From Clostridia bacterium (GTDB lineage Bacteria > Bacillota > Clostridia > Oscillospirales > CAG-272), in NCBI GenBank assembly GCA_017621755.1, contig JAGASL010000006.1, positions 26,727 to 90,726 on the forward strand: a stretch of 64,000 nucleotides of DNA. Reading direction: 5' to 3'. The notes beneath the pieces are model-generated. The model was not told the DNA's origin, searched no databases, and saw only the letters and a program-made list of their open reading frames with translations. This document shows positions 56,653 through 64,000 of this stretch, piece after piece; position 1 is the first letter of the stretch; each line of letters opens with the position of its first letter. The position numbers and the translations under genes were made by a program.

Positions 56653-58080
56653 TTATAAAGTGTTATAAATGCCAAGATAACCCTTGGCAGACGCACCCCA
56701 CGAAAAATCATGAGACATAGCGTTATGCACAAGCGCCGACCAAAGCTCACCATTTTCATACAGCGCTACGGTGCGGCGAACGGCATCCATCATATCGTGT
56801 GCGTTATACGAGGCAAACGTAACGCCGTTCCCTTCCCGTGTTTCGGGGTTGAAGGGCTTGATGGTATCATACAGGCCGCCGATCTCACGCACGATCGGCA
56901 CGGCGCCGTAAACGCTGGCGATCATTTGCGAGAGGCCGCACGGCTCGCTCTTAGACGGCATGAGGAACATATCAGCGCCGGCATAGATCTGCTTAGACAG
57001 CGCCTTATTAAAGGCCAACACAACGCCAACCTTTGAGGGATAGCGATCGGCCAAGGCGGTAAAATATTCCTCAAGGGAATCCTCACCCGTTCCCAGCAAA
57101 ACGAACTGAATATCCCATTGCAGCATCTCCTCCAGCACACAGCGCACCAGGTCAAAGCCCTTGTGCGAGGCAAGGCGGGATACCATAGCGATCACCGGTG
57201 TGGTGGGCGATTCAGGCAAGCCGAGAATGCGCTGCAGTTCCAGCTTGTTTTCGCCCTTCCCTGCGCGGTCATTTACATCATAGCGGAACTTGATATCCGG
57301 GTCGATGGCGGGGTTGTAATACTGCAGGTCGATACCGTTGACAATGCCGCTGGTCTTATCGGCATACTGGCAGATGATAGCAGCAAGACGGCCACTGAAA
57401 TAGGGTGACTGCAGCTCCTGCGCGTAACGGCAGCTAACCGTAGTCAAACGGTCACAGCAAACGATGGCTCCCTTGGTGAGGTTGATACAGCCATCAAACT
57501 CTACGCAGCTGCGCGCAGATTCCGGTAGGTCGAACACATCGCCCAAGATAGCAAAATCGTAAATTCCCTGATAATCGATATTATGGATCGTGTAGACGGT
57601 TTTTATGTTATAGAACCGTGGATCCGCGCTGTATTTTTGCCGCAGATAGATAACGGTGAGGGCCGTTTGCCAATCATTGGCATGCAACACATCCGGGAAA
57701 AACTGCAGAAGGGGCAGCATATCCAGCACCGCATGGCTGAAGAAGGCAAAGCGCTCGCCATCGTCATACTGGCCGTACAGCGCAGGGCGCTTAAAATAAT
57801 ACTCGTTATCTAAGAAATAGTAGATCACGCCATTTGTGCGGTATTCATACACACCGCAATACTGCTGGCGCCAGGAGAGGTGAACGGTAAATTCACACAC
57901 CTTGGTCATCTGCGCGCGGTAAGCATCAGAGATCGAGCCGTAAAGCGGCATCACCGCGCGAACGTCAACCTCTTCGCCCTGCGCGGCTAAGGCTGCGGGG
58001 AGTGAGCCCATGACGTCACCCAGGCCGCCGGTGGAAGCAAACGGCACCGCCTCGGCACCGACAAGTAAAATCTTTTTCAT
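56653..58080 (-). CDS. glgA: Glycogen synthase
   Basis: E..PF.STGGLGDV, HANDWQ, TIHN..YQG, SRL..HKG and PS..EPCGL.Q motifs. Confidence 0.96.
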   Translation of the reverse strand: MKKILLVGAEAVPFASTGGLGDVMGSLPAALAAQGEEVDVRAVMPLYGSISDAYRAQMTKVCEFTVHLSWRQQYCGVYEYRTNGVIYYFLDNEYYFKRPALYGQYDDGERFAFFSHAVLDMLPLLQFFPDVLHANDWQTALTVIYLRQKYSADPRFYNIKTVYTIHNIDYQGIYDFAILGDVFDLPESARSCVEFDGCINLTKGAIVCCDRLTTVSCRYAQELQSPYFSGRLAAIICQYADKTSGIVNGIDLQYYNPAIDPDIKFRYDVNDRAGKGENKLELQRILGLPESPTTPVIAMVSRLASHKGFDLVRCVLEEMLQWDIQFVLLGTGEDSLEEYFTALADRYPSKVGVVLAFNKALSKQIYAGADMFLMPSKSEPCGLSQMIASVYGAVPIVREIGGLYDTIKPFNPETREGNGVTFASYNAHDMMDAVRRTVALYENGELWSALVHNAMSHDFSWGASAKGYLGIYNTL

Positions 58081-58101
58081 CAGATTACCCCCTTTCAAGG
58101 A

Positions 58102-59238
58102 TCAAAGCGAACGCCCCTTTTCTACGCAGAAGGGCAGCTCGGGATGGCCGGATAGAGATACATCGTCATGGAAGAGAACGTATTTATCAGCAATAACACA
58201 ATTAAGCGACACGTTCTCACCCACGTAGGTATCCATAAAGAGGATCGAATTGCGCACAACACTACCCTTGCTGACCTTAACACCGCGGAACAGGATAGAG
58301 TTTTCAACGGTTCCCTCGATGATGCAGCCATCCGCGATCAAGGAATTAGACACCTTGGCGCTGCCGGTATATTGTGCCGGGGCCGAATTGCGAACCTTGG
58401 TCAAGATCGGGCGCTTGGGATTATTAAAGAGATCGTGGCGCACGGTTTCATTCTTGATCAGCTCCATGCTGTAATCATAATAGTCCGTAATCGAATCGAT
58501 ATTGGCATAGTACCCGTCAAAGCGGTAGATCCGCAGGCGGTCGCGGCCGATGCTACGGCGAATAATATCCTGGCTGAAGCTGGTATAGCCGTGTGCCTGC
58601 GCGTTAACCAGAGCGCCCAGCAGGTAGCTGCGGCTGATGACCCACACGTTGATATTCACGTCTGCTTCTGTCTTGTCATAGAAGGTGGGGTGAACGACAA
58701 GGTCGGTGATCTCGCCATTTTCATCCGAGGAGACGATGATATTCTTCTCTGCATTGGCGGGCGTAATCGGAATGCGCTTGACCGCCATGGTGAGCACAGC
58801 GCCACTATCCACATGCGCACGCACCATATCCTTGAGGTCGATGTTGCAAATACCGTCGCAATCCGAAAGCACGACGTAATCTGCCTGCATCTTGGAAATC
58901 GAGTGCTGAATGCTCATCAACGCCTCTAAGCGGGTGTTATACAGCTCGTTCTTATAGTTGGCATAGGCCGTGATATACGGCGCCAGGATGCGCACGCCGC
59001 CCGAGCGGCGCGCCAGATCCCAATCCTTACCCGAGCCGATATGCTCCATCAAGGAAAGATAGTTATAGTGCGTAATGATGGAAATATCCGTAATGCCCGA
59101 ATTCACCATATTGGAAAGCGGAAAATCCACCAGGCGGTAACGGCAGCCGAAGGGCACGGAGGCCATTGTCCTCTTCTTAGTCAGATCGGCAATGTTTTTA
59201 TCATGAATGTTTGAAAAGATGATGCCTGCTGCGTTCAT
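58102..59238 (-). CDS. glgD: Glucose-1-phosphate adenylyltransferase regulatory subunit
   Basis: [18 protein letters not shown] and GSGKDWDL.R motifs; beta-helix tail; lacks the LAGG motif; follows glgC. Confidence 0.93.
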   Translation of the reverse strand: MNAAGIIFSNIHDKNIADLTKKRTMASVPFGCRYRLVDFPLSNMVNSGITDISIITHYNYLSLMEHIGSGKDWDLARRSGGVRILAPYITAYANYKNELYNTRLEALMSIQHSISKMQADYVVLSDCDGICNIDLKDMVRAHVDSGAVLTMAVKRIPITPANAEKNIIVSSDENGEITDLVVHPTFYDKTEADVNINVWVISRSYLLGALVNAQAHGYTSFSQDIIRRSIGRDRLRIYRFDGYYANIDSITDYYDYSMELIKNETVRHDLFNNPKRPILTKVRNSAPAQYTGSAKVSNSLIADGCIIEGTVENSILFRGVKVSKGSVVRNSILFMDTYVGENVSLNCVIADKYVLFHDDVSLSGHPELPFCVEKGRSL

Positions 59239-60455
59239 GCGTTTTCCCCTCCCTGCTTCTTTTTCTCGTATTCAGCAACGTTGAGCATCTCGCCAGCCGC
59301 GATCTTATCGCCTGGCTGCACACACACACCGTTACCCACTACGGCGATCTTTTGCTCGCCATCGCATTTTTCGCCAACCACGGCGCCCTCGCCAATCACC
59401 GCATCGGAATCCAGAATGGCGTACTGTACGGTAGCGCCACGCTTGATCGTGCAGCCCTGCATGATGACCGCATCACGCACAACGGCACCTGCCTCTACGG
59501 TAACACCGCTGAAGAGAACGGAGTTTTCTACCGTACCGTAGATCGTGTCACCCTCGGTCACCACGGCATTGTGTACCGAGCTGCCCGCGCCGATAAAATG
59601 CGGCGGCAGCGCCGGCGTACGCGAATAGATGCGGAACCAGCGATCATGCAGATTATATACGGGCTCCTCACCCAAAAGATCCATGTTGGCATCCCACAGG
59701 CTCTTGATCGTACCAACGTCCTTCCAATAGCCGGAGAAGCTATAGGCGAACAGACGCTTGCCATCGTTAAGCAGCGCGGGAATGATGTTTTTGCCAAAAT
59801 CATTGGCCGAGCCGGGGGTATTTTCATCCCGGATCAGATATTCCTTCAGCACGTCATGGCTGAAGAGGTAAATACCCATTGAGGCATTGGTGCTCTTGGG
59901 GTGCTTGGGCTTTTCTTCAAACTCGATAATACGCCCATCCTCATCGGTATTCATAATACCAAAACGGCTTGCCTCCTCGATCGGCACGTCGATCACCGCG
60001 ATGGTACAGTCTGCCTTGCGCTCCTTGTGGGCGGCGATTAGCGCGCTGTAATCCATCTTATAGATATGGTCACCCGAAAGGATGAGCACGTATTCCGGAT
60101 CATAGCGATCGATAAAATTCAGATTCTGAAAAATGGCGTTGGCGGTTCCCTTATACCAGGCGGCACCATCCTTGCCCTGGTAGGGCGGCAGCACCATAAC
60201 GCCGCCGGAGGAGCGGTCAAGATCCCAGGGCTGGCCGTTGCCAATGTACTCGTTCAAGGCAAGAGGCTGATATTGCGTTAAAACGCCTACCGTATCGATG
60301 CCGGAGTTGATGCAGTTTGAGAGAGGAAAATCGATGATCCGATATTTACCGCCAAAAGGGACGGCGGGCTTTGCTGTTTTCTCAGTCAGCGTGTACAAAC
60401 GACTCCCCTGACCGCCTGCCAGCAGCATGGCAACGCATTCTTTACGCTTGAACAT
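59235..60455 (-). CDS. glgC: Glucose-1-phosphate adenylyltransferase
   Basis: [45 protein letters not shown] and YWKDVGT motifs. Confidence 0.97.
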   Translation of the reverse strand: MFKRKECVAMLLAGGQGSRLYTLTEKTAKPAVPFGGKYRIIDFPLSNCINSGIDTVGVLTQYQPLALNEYIGNGQPWDLDRSSGGVMVLPPYQGKDGAAWYKGTANAIFQNLNFIDRYDPEYVLILSGDHIYKMDYSALIAAHKERKADCTIAVIDVPIEEASRFGIMNTDEDGRIIEFEEKPKHPKSTNASMGIYLFSHDVLKEYLIRDENTPGSANDFGKNIIPALLNDGKRLFAYSFSGYWKDVGTIKSLWDANMDLLGEEPVYNLHDRWFRIYSRTPALPPHFIGAGSSVHNAVVTEGDTIYGTVENSVLFSGVTVEAGAVVRDAVIMQGCTIKRGATVQYAILDSDAVIGEGAVVGEKCDGEQKIAVVGNGVCVQPGDKIAAGEMLNVAEYEKKKQGGENA

Positions 60456-60457
60456 AA

Positions 60458-62392
60458 CTATATGAGCCTCCCATCAATGATTTTTTTCTTAAAATAAAGC
60501 GCCGCAAGGGGCGGAAGCGTCAGACGAAGGACACCGTCATCCCCCACCAGCTGGGTACAGGAAAGTGGCGTTCCCGCGCCGCCGTAGCGCGCATCATCCG
60601 TATTCAGCAGCAGCTCGTATTCGCCCGGGGCAAGGCTGGGTATCTCATAATTCGCTCGCATAACGGGCGAAAAATGGAAAACCGCGATCAGCTCCTCGCC
60701 GCGCAGGTTACGGCGCGCGAAGCAGGAAACGTTATCCTCCTTGCGATCGGGGTAGATCCAGCGGAAGCCGCCCCAAGAAAAATCATCCTCCCACAGGCAG
60801 GATTCCTGTAAGTAAAGGCGATTGAGGTCGCCCACCATCAGCCGCAGCTGCGCATGGCGCGGGTAATCACACATGAACCACTCTAACTGGTTTTCGTAAT
60901 CCCATTCGCGGAACTGGCCGTATTCACAGCCCATGAAGGTCATTTTTTTGCCGGGGTGTGCCATCATATAGGCAAAAAACGTACGGTCTGTCGCAAATTT
61001 TTGCTCATAGTCGCCATAGCATTTATCAATCAGCGAGCGCTTGCCGTGTACCACCTCATCGTGTGAGATGGGAAGGATGTAATTTTCATCAAAGGCGTAC
61101 ATCATGGAAAAGGTCAGCTTGTCATGGCAGTACATGCGGTACAGCGGATCTGTTTCCAAATAGGCATACATATCGTTTGCCCAGCCCATATTCCATTTGA
61201 AATTAAAGCCAAGGCCGCCCTGGCATACCGGCTTGGTGATCATAGGCCAGGAAGTAGATTCCTCGGCGATCATCAGCACGTCTCCAAATTCACCGAACAC
61301 GGCAGAATTCAGCTTTTGGAAGAAAGCGATCGCCTCTAAATTCTTATTATCACCGTGGGCGTTGGGCACCCATTCACCCGGGTTGCGATCATAATCCAAA
61401 TACAGCATCGAGGCAACGGCATCGACACGCAGACCATCGATGTGGTATTCCCGCAGCCAGAATAGCGCGTTTGAGACAAGGAAGGACTGCACCTCCTCAC
61501 GCCCCACGTCAAAAAAGCGGGTACCCCAGCTGGCGCTTTCCTGCCGGTCACGCCCCTGGTATTCGTAAAGCGGCCTGCCATCAAATTCATATAGCCCGTG
61601 CTCGTCCTTTGGGAAGTGGGCCGGCACCCAGTCCATAATCACCCCAATATGGTGACGGTGCAGCTCGTTAACGAAGAACTTAAAATCCTCCGGCGTTCCA
61701 TAGCGTGAGGTGGGCGCATAGTAGCCACATACCTGATAGCCCCAGGAGCCATCAAACGGGTGCTCGGCAATTGGCAGCAGCTCTACGTGCGTATACCCCA
61801 TTTGCGTGAGGTACGGCACCAGCTCGGCGGCCAGCTCACGGTAATTGAGGTAGGCATCCCCCTCTGTATTCGCCCGCCCCTCCCGCGTGATAAACGAGCC
61901 GGCATGGATCTCGTAGATGTTCATCGGCGCGCTGTAAAAGTGTGCCTTTTCCGAAATAGCGCGCCGCCTGCGAAGCCAGCTGCTATCCGTCCATGCATAG
62001 GCGGTTTCGGTATGAATGATCGAGGCGGTGTTCTTCAGAGTTTCAGAGGCGAAGGCGTACGGGTCGGCCTTATCATGCACGCCGGAATCCGAATAGATAC
62101 GCAGCTTATAGCAGGCCCCCTCGATCGGCTTATCGGCTTGATAAACCAGCTCGAAGATGCCACGGTCGGTTACCCGGTGCATTTCGTCGCTCTCGCACCA
62201 ATGATTAAAATCGCCAACAACAAAAATTCGGGTGGCATTGGGAGCCCAGGTGCGAAACACATAGGTATCCCTTGTTCCGCCCTCTGCCCGATGCACACCC
62301 AAGTAATGATATGCGTGAAAATTGGTGCCTTGGTGAAAAAGATATGGAGCAAGCTCCGTGTTTTTTGCGCATTGTGTATGATCGGTTTGCAC
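60458..62392 (-). CDS. glgB: 1,4-alpha-glucan branching enzyme
   Basis: [37 protein letters not shown] and SHDEVVHGK motifs. GTG start with GGGGG RBS. TTGCAA-N17-TATAAT promoter at about 62427-62455. Confidence 0.96.
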   Translation of the reverse strand: MQTDHTQCAKNTELAPYLFHQGTNFHAYHYLGVHRAEGGTRDTYVFRTWAPNATRIFVVGDFNHWCESDEMHRVTDRGIFELVYQADKPIEGACYKLRIYSDSGVHDKADPYAFASETLKNTASIIHTETAYAWTDSSWLRRRRAISEKAHFYSAPMNIYEIHAGSFITREGRANTEGDAYLNYRELAAELVPYLTQMGYTHVELLPIAEHPFDGSWGYQVCGYYAPTSRYGTPEDFKFFVNELHRHHIGVIMDWVPAHFPKDEHGLYEFDGRPLYEYQGRDRQESASWGTRFFDVGREEVQSFLVSNALFWLREYHIDGLRVDAVASMLYLDYDRNPGEWVPNAHGDNKNLEAIAFFQKLNSAVFGEFGDVLMIAEESTSWPMITKPVCQGGLGFNFKWNMGWANDMYAYLETDPLYRMYCHDKLTFSMMYAFDENYILPISHDEVVHGKRSLIDKCYGDYEQKFATDRTFFAYMMAHPGKKMTFMGCEYGQFREWDYENQLEWFMCDYPRHAQLRLMVGDLNRLYLQESCLWEDDFSWGGFRWIYPDRKEDNVSCFARRNLRGEELIAVFHFSPVMRANYEIPSLAPGEYELLLNTDDARYGGAGTPLSCTQLVGDDGVLRLTLPPLAALYFKKKIIDGRLI

Positions 62393-62552
62393 GGCATAGC
62401 CCCCTTACTATTATGTATCTATATTTATTATAGCGCATCAATTTTGAAATTGCAACCGATTTTCGTCGATTGTCTAAAAAAATATGTACTTTTTTTGAAA
62501 AAACTATGAAAAATGACCAAAAAGTGGGGGCAAAAAACAAAGAAAAAAGGAA

Positions 62553-62577
62553 AAGGACACGAACCTTGCGTGTCCTT
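62553..62577 (-). terminator. Terminator after the tRNA pair
   Basis: AAGGACACG / CGTGTCCTT followed by U-rich sequence on the minus strand. Confidence 0.6.
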
Positions 62578-62584
62578 CTCTTTC

Positions 62585-62662
62585 TGGGGTGAGTAATCGG
62601 AATCGAACCGATGACCTCCAGGGCCACAACCTGGCGCTCTAACCAACTGAGCCATACCCACC
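62585..62662 (-). tRNA. tRNA-His (anticodon GTG), with encoded G-1
   Basis: G-GTGGGTATGGCTCAGTTGGTTAGAGCGCCAGGTTGTGGCCCTGGAGGTCATCGGTTCGATTCCGATTACTCACCCCA. Confidence 0.96.
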
Positions 62663-62698
62663 ATATGCAATTCGTTGCTGCAAGGTGCCACGCGTGTA

Positions 62699-62775
62699 TG
62701 GCGTACCTTGGGGGACTCGAACCCTCGACCTACTGCTTAGAAGGCAGTTGCTCTATCCAGCTGAGCTAAAGGTAC
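62699..62775 (-). tRNA. tRNA-Arg (anticodon TCT)
   Basis: GTACCTTTAGCTCAGCTGGATAGAGCAACTGCCTTCTAAGCAGTAGGTCGAGGGTTCGAGTCCCCCAAGGTACGCCA. Confidence 0.96.
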
Positions 62776-62808
62776 ATGGACGCGGGTGGCACCCTTCGCA
62801 ACGGTGAT

Positions 62809-62837
62809 ATTATACCAAGTCTTGCGCGATTTGTCAA
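62809..62837 (-). promoter_or_regulatory. Sigma-A promoter of the tRNA-Arg/His operon
   Basis: Perfect TTGACA-N17-TATAAT with a TG extension. Confidence 0.85.
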
Positions 62838-62878
62838 GCCCTTTTTGCAAAATTCTTTCTTTTTTCTTTCAAAGCAAA

Positions 62879-62907
62879 TACAGGGCGCAGCTGTTTTGCG
62901 CCCTGTA
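62879..62907 (-). terminator. Terminator after the SPFH gene
   Basis: TACAGGGCGCA / TGCGCCCTGTA. Confidence 0.65.
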
Positions 62908-62921
62908 AAAAGCCAAGCTGA

Positions 62922-63860
62922 TTATTTTGCAGCGGAATTGGTACCAAACTTTGAAATTTCAGCAGCCGAGGAGACCAGGCCCGCAAGCGACTGCAGCTCA
63001 GAGGGGATGATCAGCTTGGTAGACTGGCCATCGCCAACCTTAGCAAGCGTCTCTAACCCCTTCATAGCAATATAGCCCTCGCCTGGCTTTGCCTCGTTGA
63101 TCATGTTGATGCCCTGGGCAACAGCCTCCTGCACCTTCAAAATAGCCTCGGCCTCGCCCTCTGCCTCGCGGATCTTCTTTTCCTTTGCTGCCTCAGCACG
63201 CAAAATGGCAGACTGCTTTTCCGCCTCTGCCTCTAAGATCATCGACTGCTTGCGGCCTTCGGCAACCAGAATGGCACTGTTCTTTTCACCCTCAGCACGT
63301 AGAATGGCCTCGCGGCGCTCACGCTCTGCCTTCATCTGCTTTTCCATTGCCTCCTGAATTTCCTTAGGCGGCATGATATTCTTCAGCTCTACGCGATTGA
63401 CCTTGATACCCCACATGTCGGTAGCCTCGTCCAGGATGGCGCGCATCTTGGTATTGATAATATCGCGCGAGGTAAGCGTGTTGTCAAGATCAAGATCACC
63501 AATGATATTACGCAGCGTAGTAGCCGTCAGATTCTCAATGGCAAAGATTGGGTTAGTAACACCGTAGGTATACAGCTTGCAATCGGTGATCTGGTAAAAG
63601 ACGACCGTATCGATCTGCATACGCACGTTATCCTTGGTAATAACCGGCTGGGGCGGAAAATCAACGACCTGCTCCATCATATTTACCTTTTTGTGAACCT
63701 TTTCTAAAAACGGCACAGAGATGTGAATACCCGTTTTCCAGGTGGTGCGATACGCACCAAGAAAGGTAACGACGTAGGCATGCGCCTGCGGAACGATGTG
63801 CACGTTGCACAGCAACAGAATAATAACGATAATCCCAAGAGCTCCTAAAACATACGGCAT
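62922..63860 (-). CDS. SPFH/band-7 (stomatin, QmcA-like) membrane protein
   Basis: N-terminal TM, VITKDNV, TTLRNIIG.L.LD..LTSRD.IN and AMEKQMKAERERR coiled coil. Confidence 0.93.
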   Translation of the reverse strand: MPYVLGALGIIVIILLLCNVHIVPQAHAYVVTFLGAYRTTWKTGIHISVPFLEKVHKKVNMMEQVVDFPPQPVITKDNVRMQIDTVVFYQITDCKLYTYGVTNPIFAIENLTATTLRNIIGDLDLDNTLTSRDIINTKMRAILDEATDMWGIKVNRVELKNIMPPKEIQEAMEKQMKAERERREAILRAEGEKNSAILVAEGRKQSMILEAEAEKQSAILRAEAAKEKKIREAEGEAEAILKVQEAVAQGINMINEAKPGEGYIAMKGLETLAKVGDGQSTKLIIPSELQSLAGLVSSAAEISKFGTNSAAK

Positions 63861-63884
63861 AAAATTAGTTCCTCCTATAAAAAA

Positions 63885-64000
63885 TTATTTTTTACAAATC
63901 AGCTTAACACCCTCAACCGCGATGACAGTTACAATGTCCCCTTCTTCATATGTAACATCATCGTCTGTGGTTCTGGCACTCCAGCATTGACCGCGCACCT
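63885..64000 (-). CDS. NfeD-like protein, C-terminal OB domain (partial; not in the ORF track)
   Basis: My translation gives VRGQCWSARTTDDDVTYEEGDIVTVIAVEGVKLICKK*, matching the NfeD-C 'G..W.A...G..V.V..VEG..L' pattern. It lies directly upstream of the SPFH gene. Confidence 0.85.
   Translation of the reverse strand, partial: VRGQCWSARTTDDDVTYEEGDIVTVIAVEGVKLICKK

Noticed and set aside
62170-62397. Out-of-frame ATG ORF at the glgB start
   Set aside because: The ATG is only 2 nt from the SD; the in-frame GTG at 62392 has proper 7-nt spacing.

Overview
Chromosomal segment from an endospore-forming Clostridia-type bacterium (spo0A, spoIIGA-sigE, sigma-A promoters, GGAGG-type RBS). Most genes are on the minus strand and most are housekeeping: tig-clpP-clpX; rpmE-hflX-yigZ-dGTPase-dnaG-rpoD; nusB-tsaD-like-xseA-xseB-ispA-DUF212-tlyA-nadK-argR-recN-murB-whiA-dnaE; clpE/C-apbC; metG-tatD-radical SAM; eno; pckG; an ABC exporter; the glycogen operon glgBCDAP plus a GH13 enzyme; and three tRNAs (Lys-TTT, His-GTG, Arg-TCT). 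I found no CRISPR array, prophage, transposase or integrase. The most unusual feature is a 1.62-kb AT-richer cassette (15616-17244) that carries an XRE-family regulator and two palindromic repeat elements. It sits exactly in the loop of a bidirectional terminator, is bounded by a duplicated CCAAGGG core, and its joined ends form an attP-like inverted repeat, but no recombinase is encoded. Other notable signals suggest sporulation-specific control of housekeeping enzymes: a 17-bp hairpin that buries the murB RBS and contains a mother-cell-type -10, a forespore sigma-F/G-type promoter on enolase, and a Spo0A with a degenerate receiver domain. All calls come from reading the sequence and recognising motifs. 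No database searches were run.
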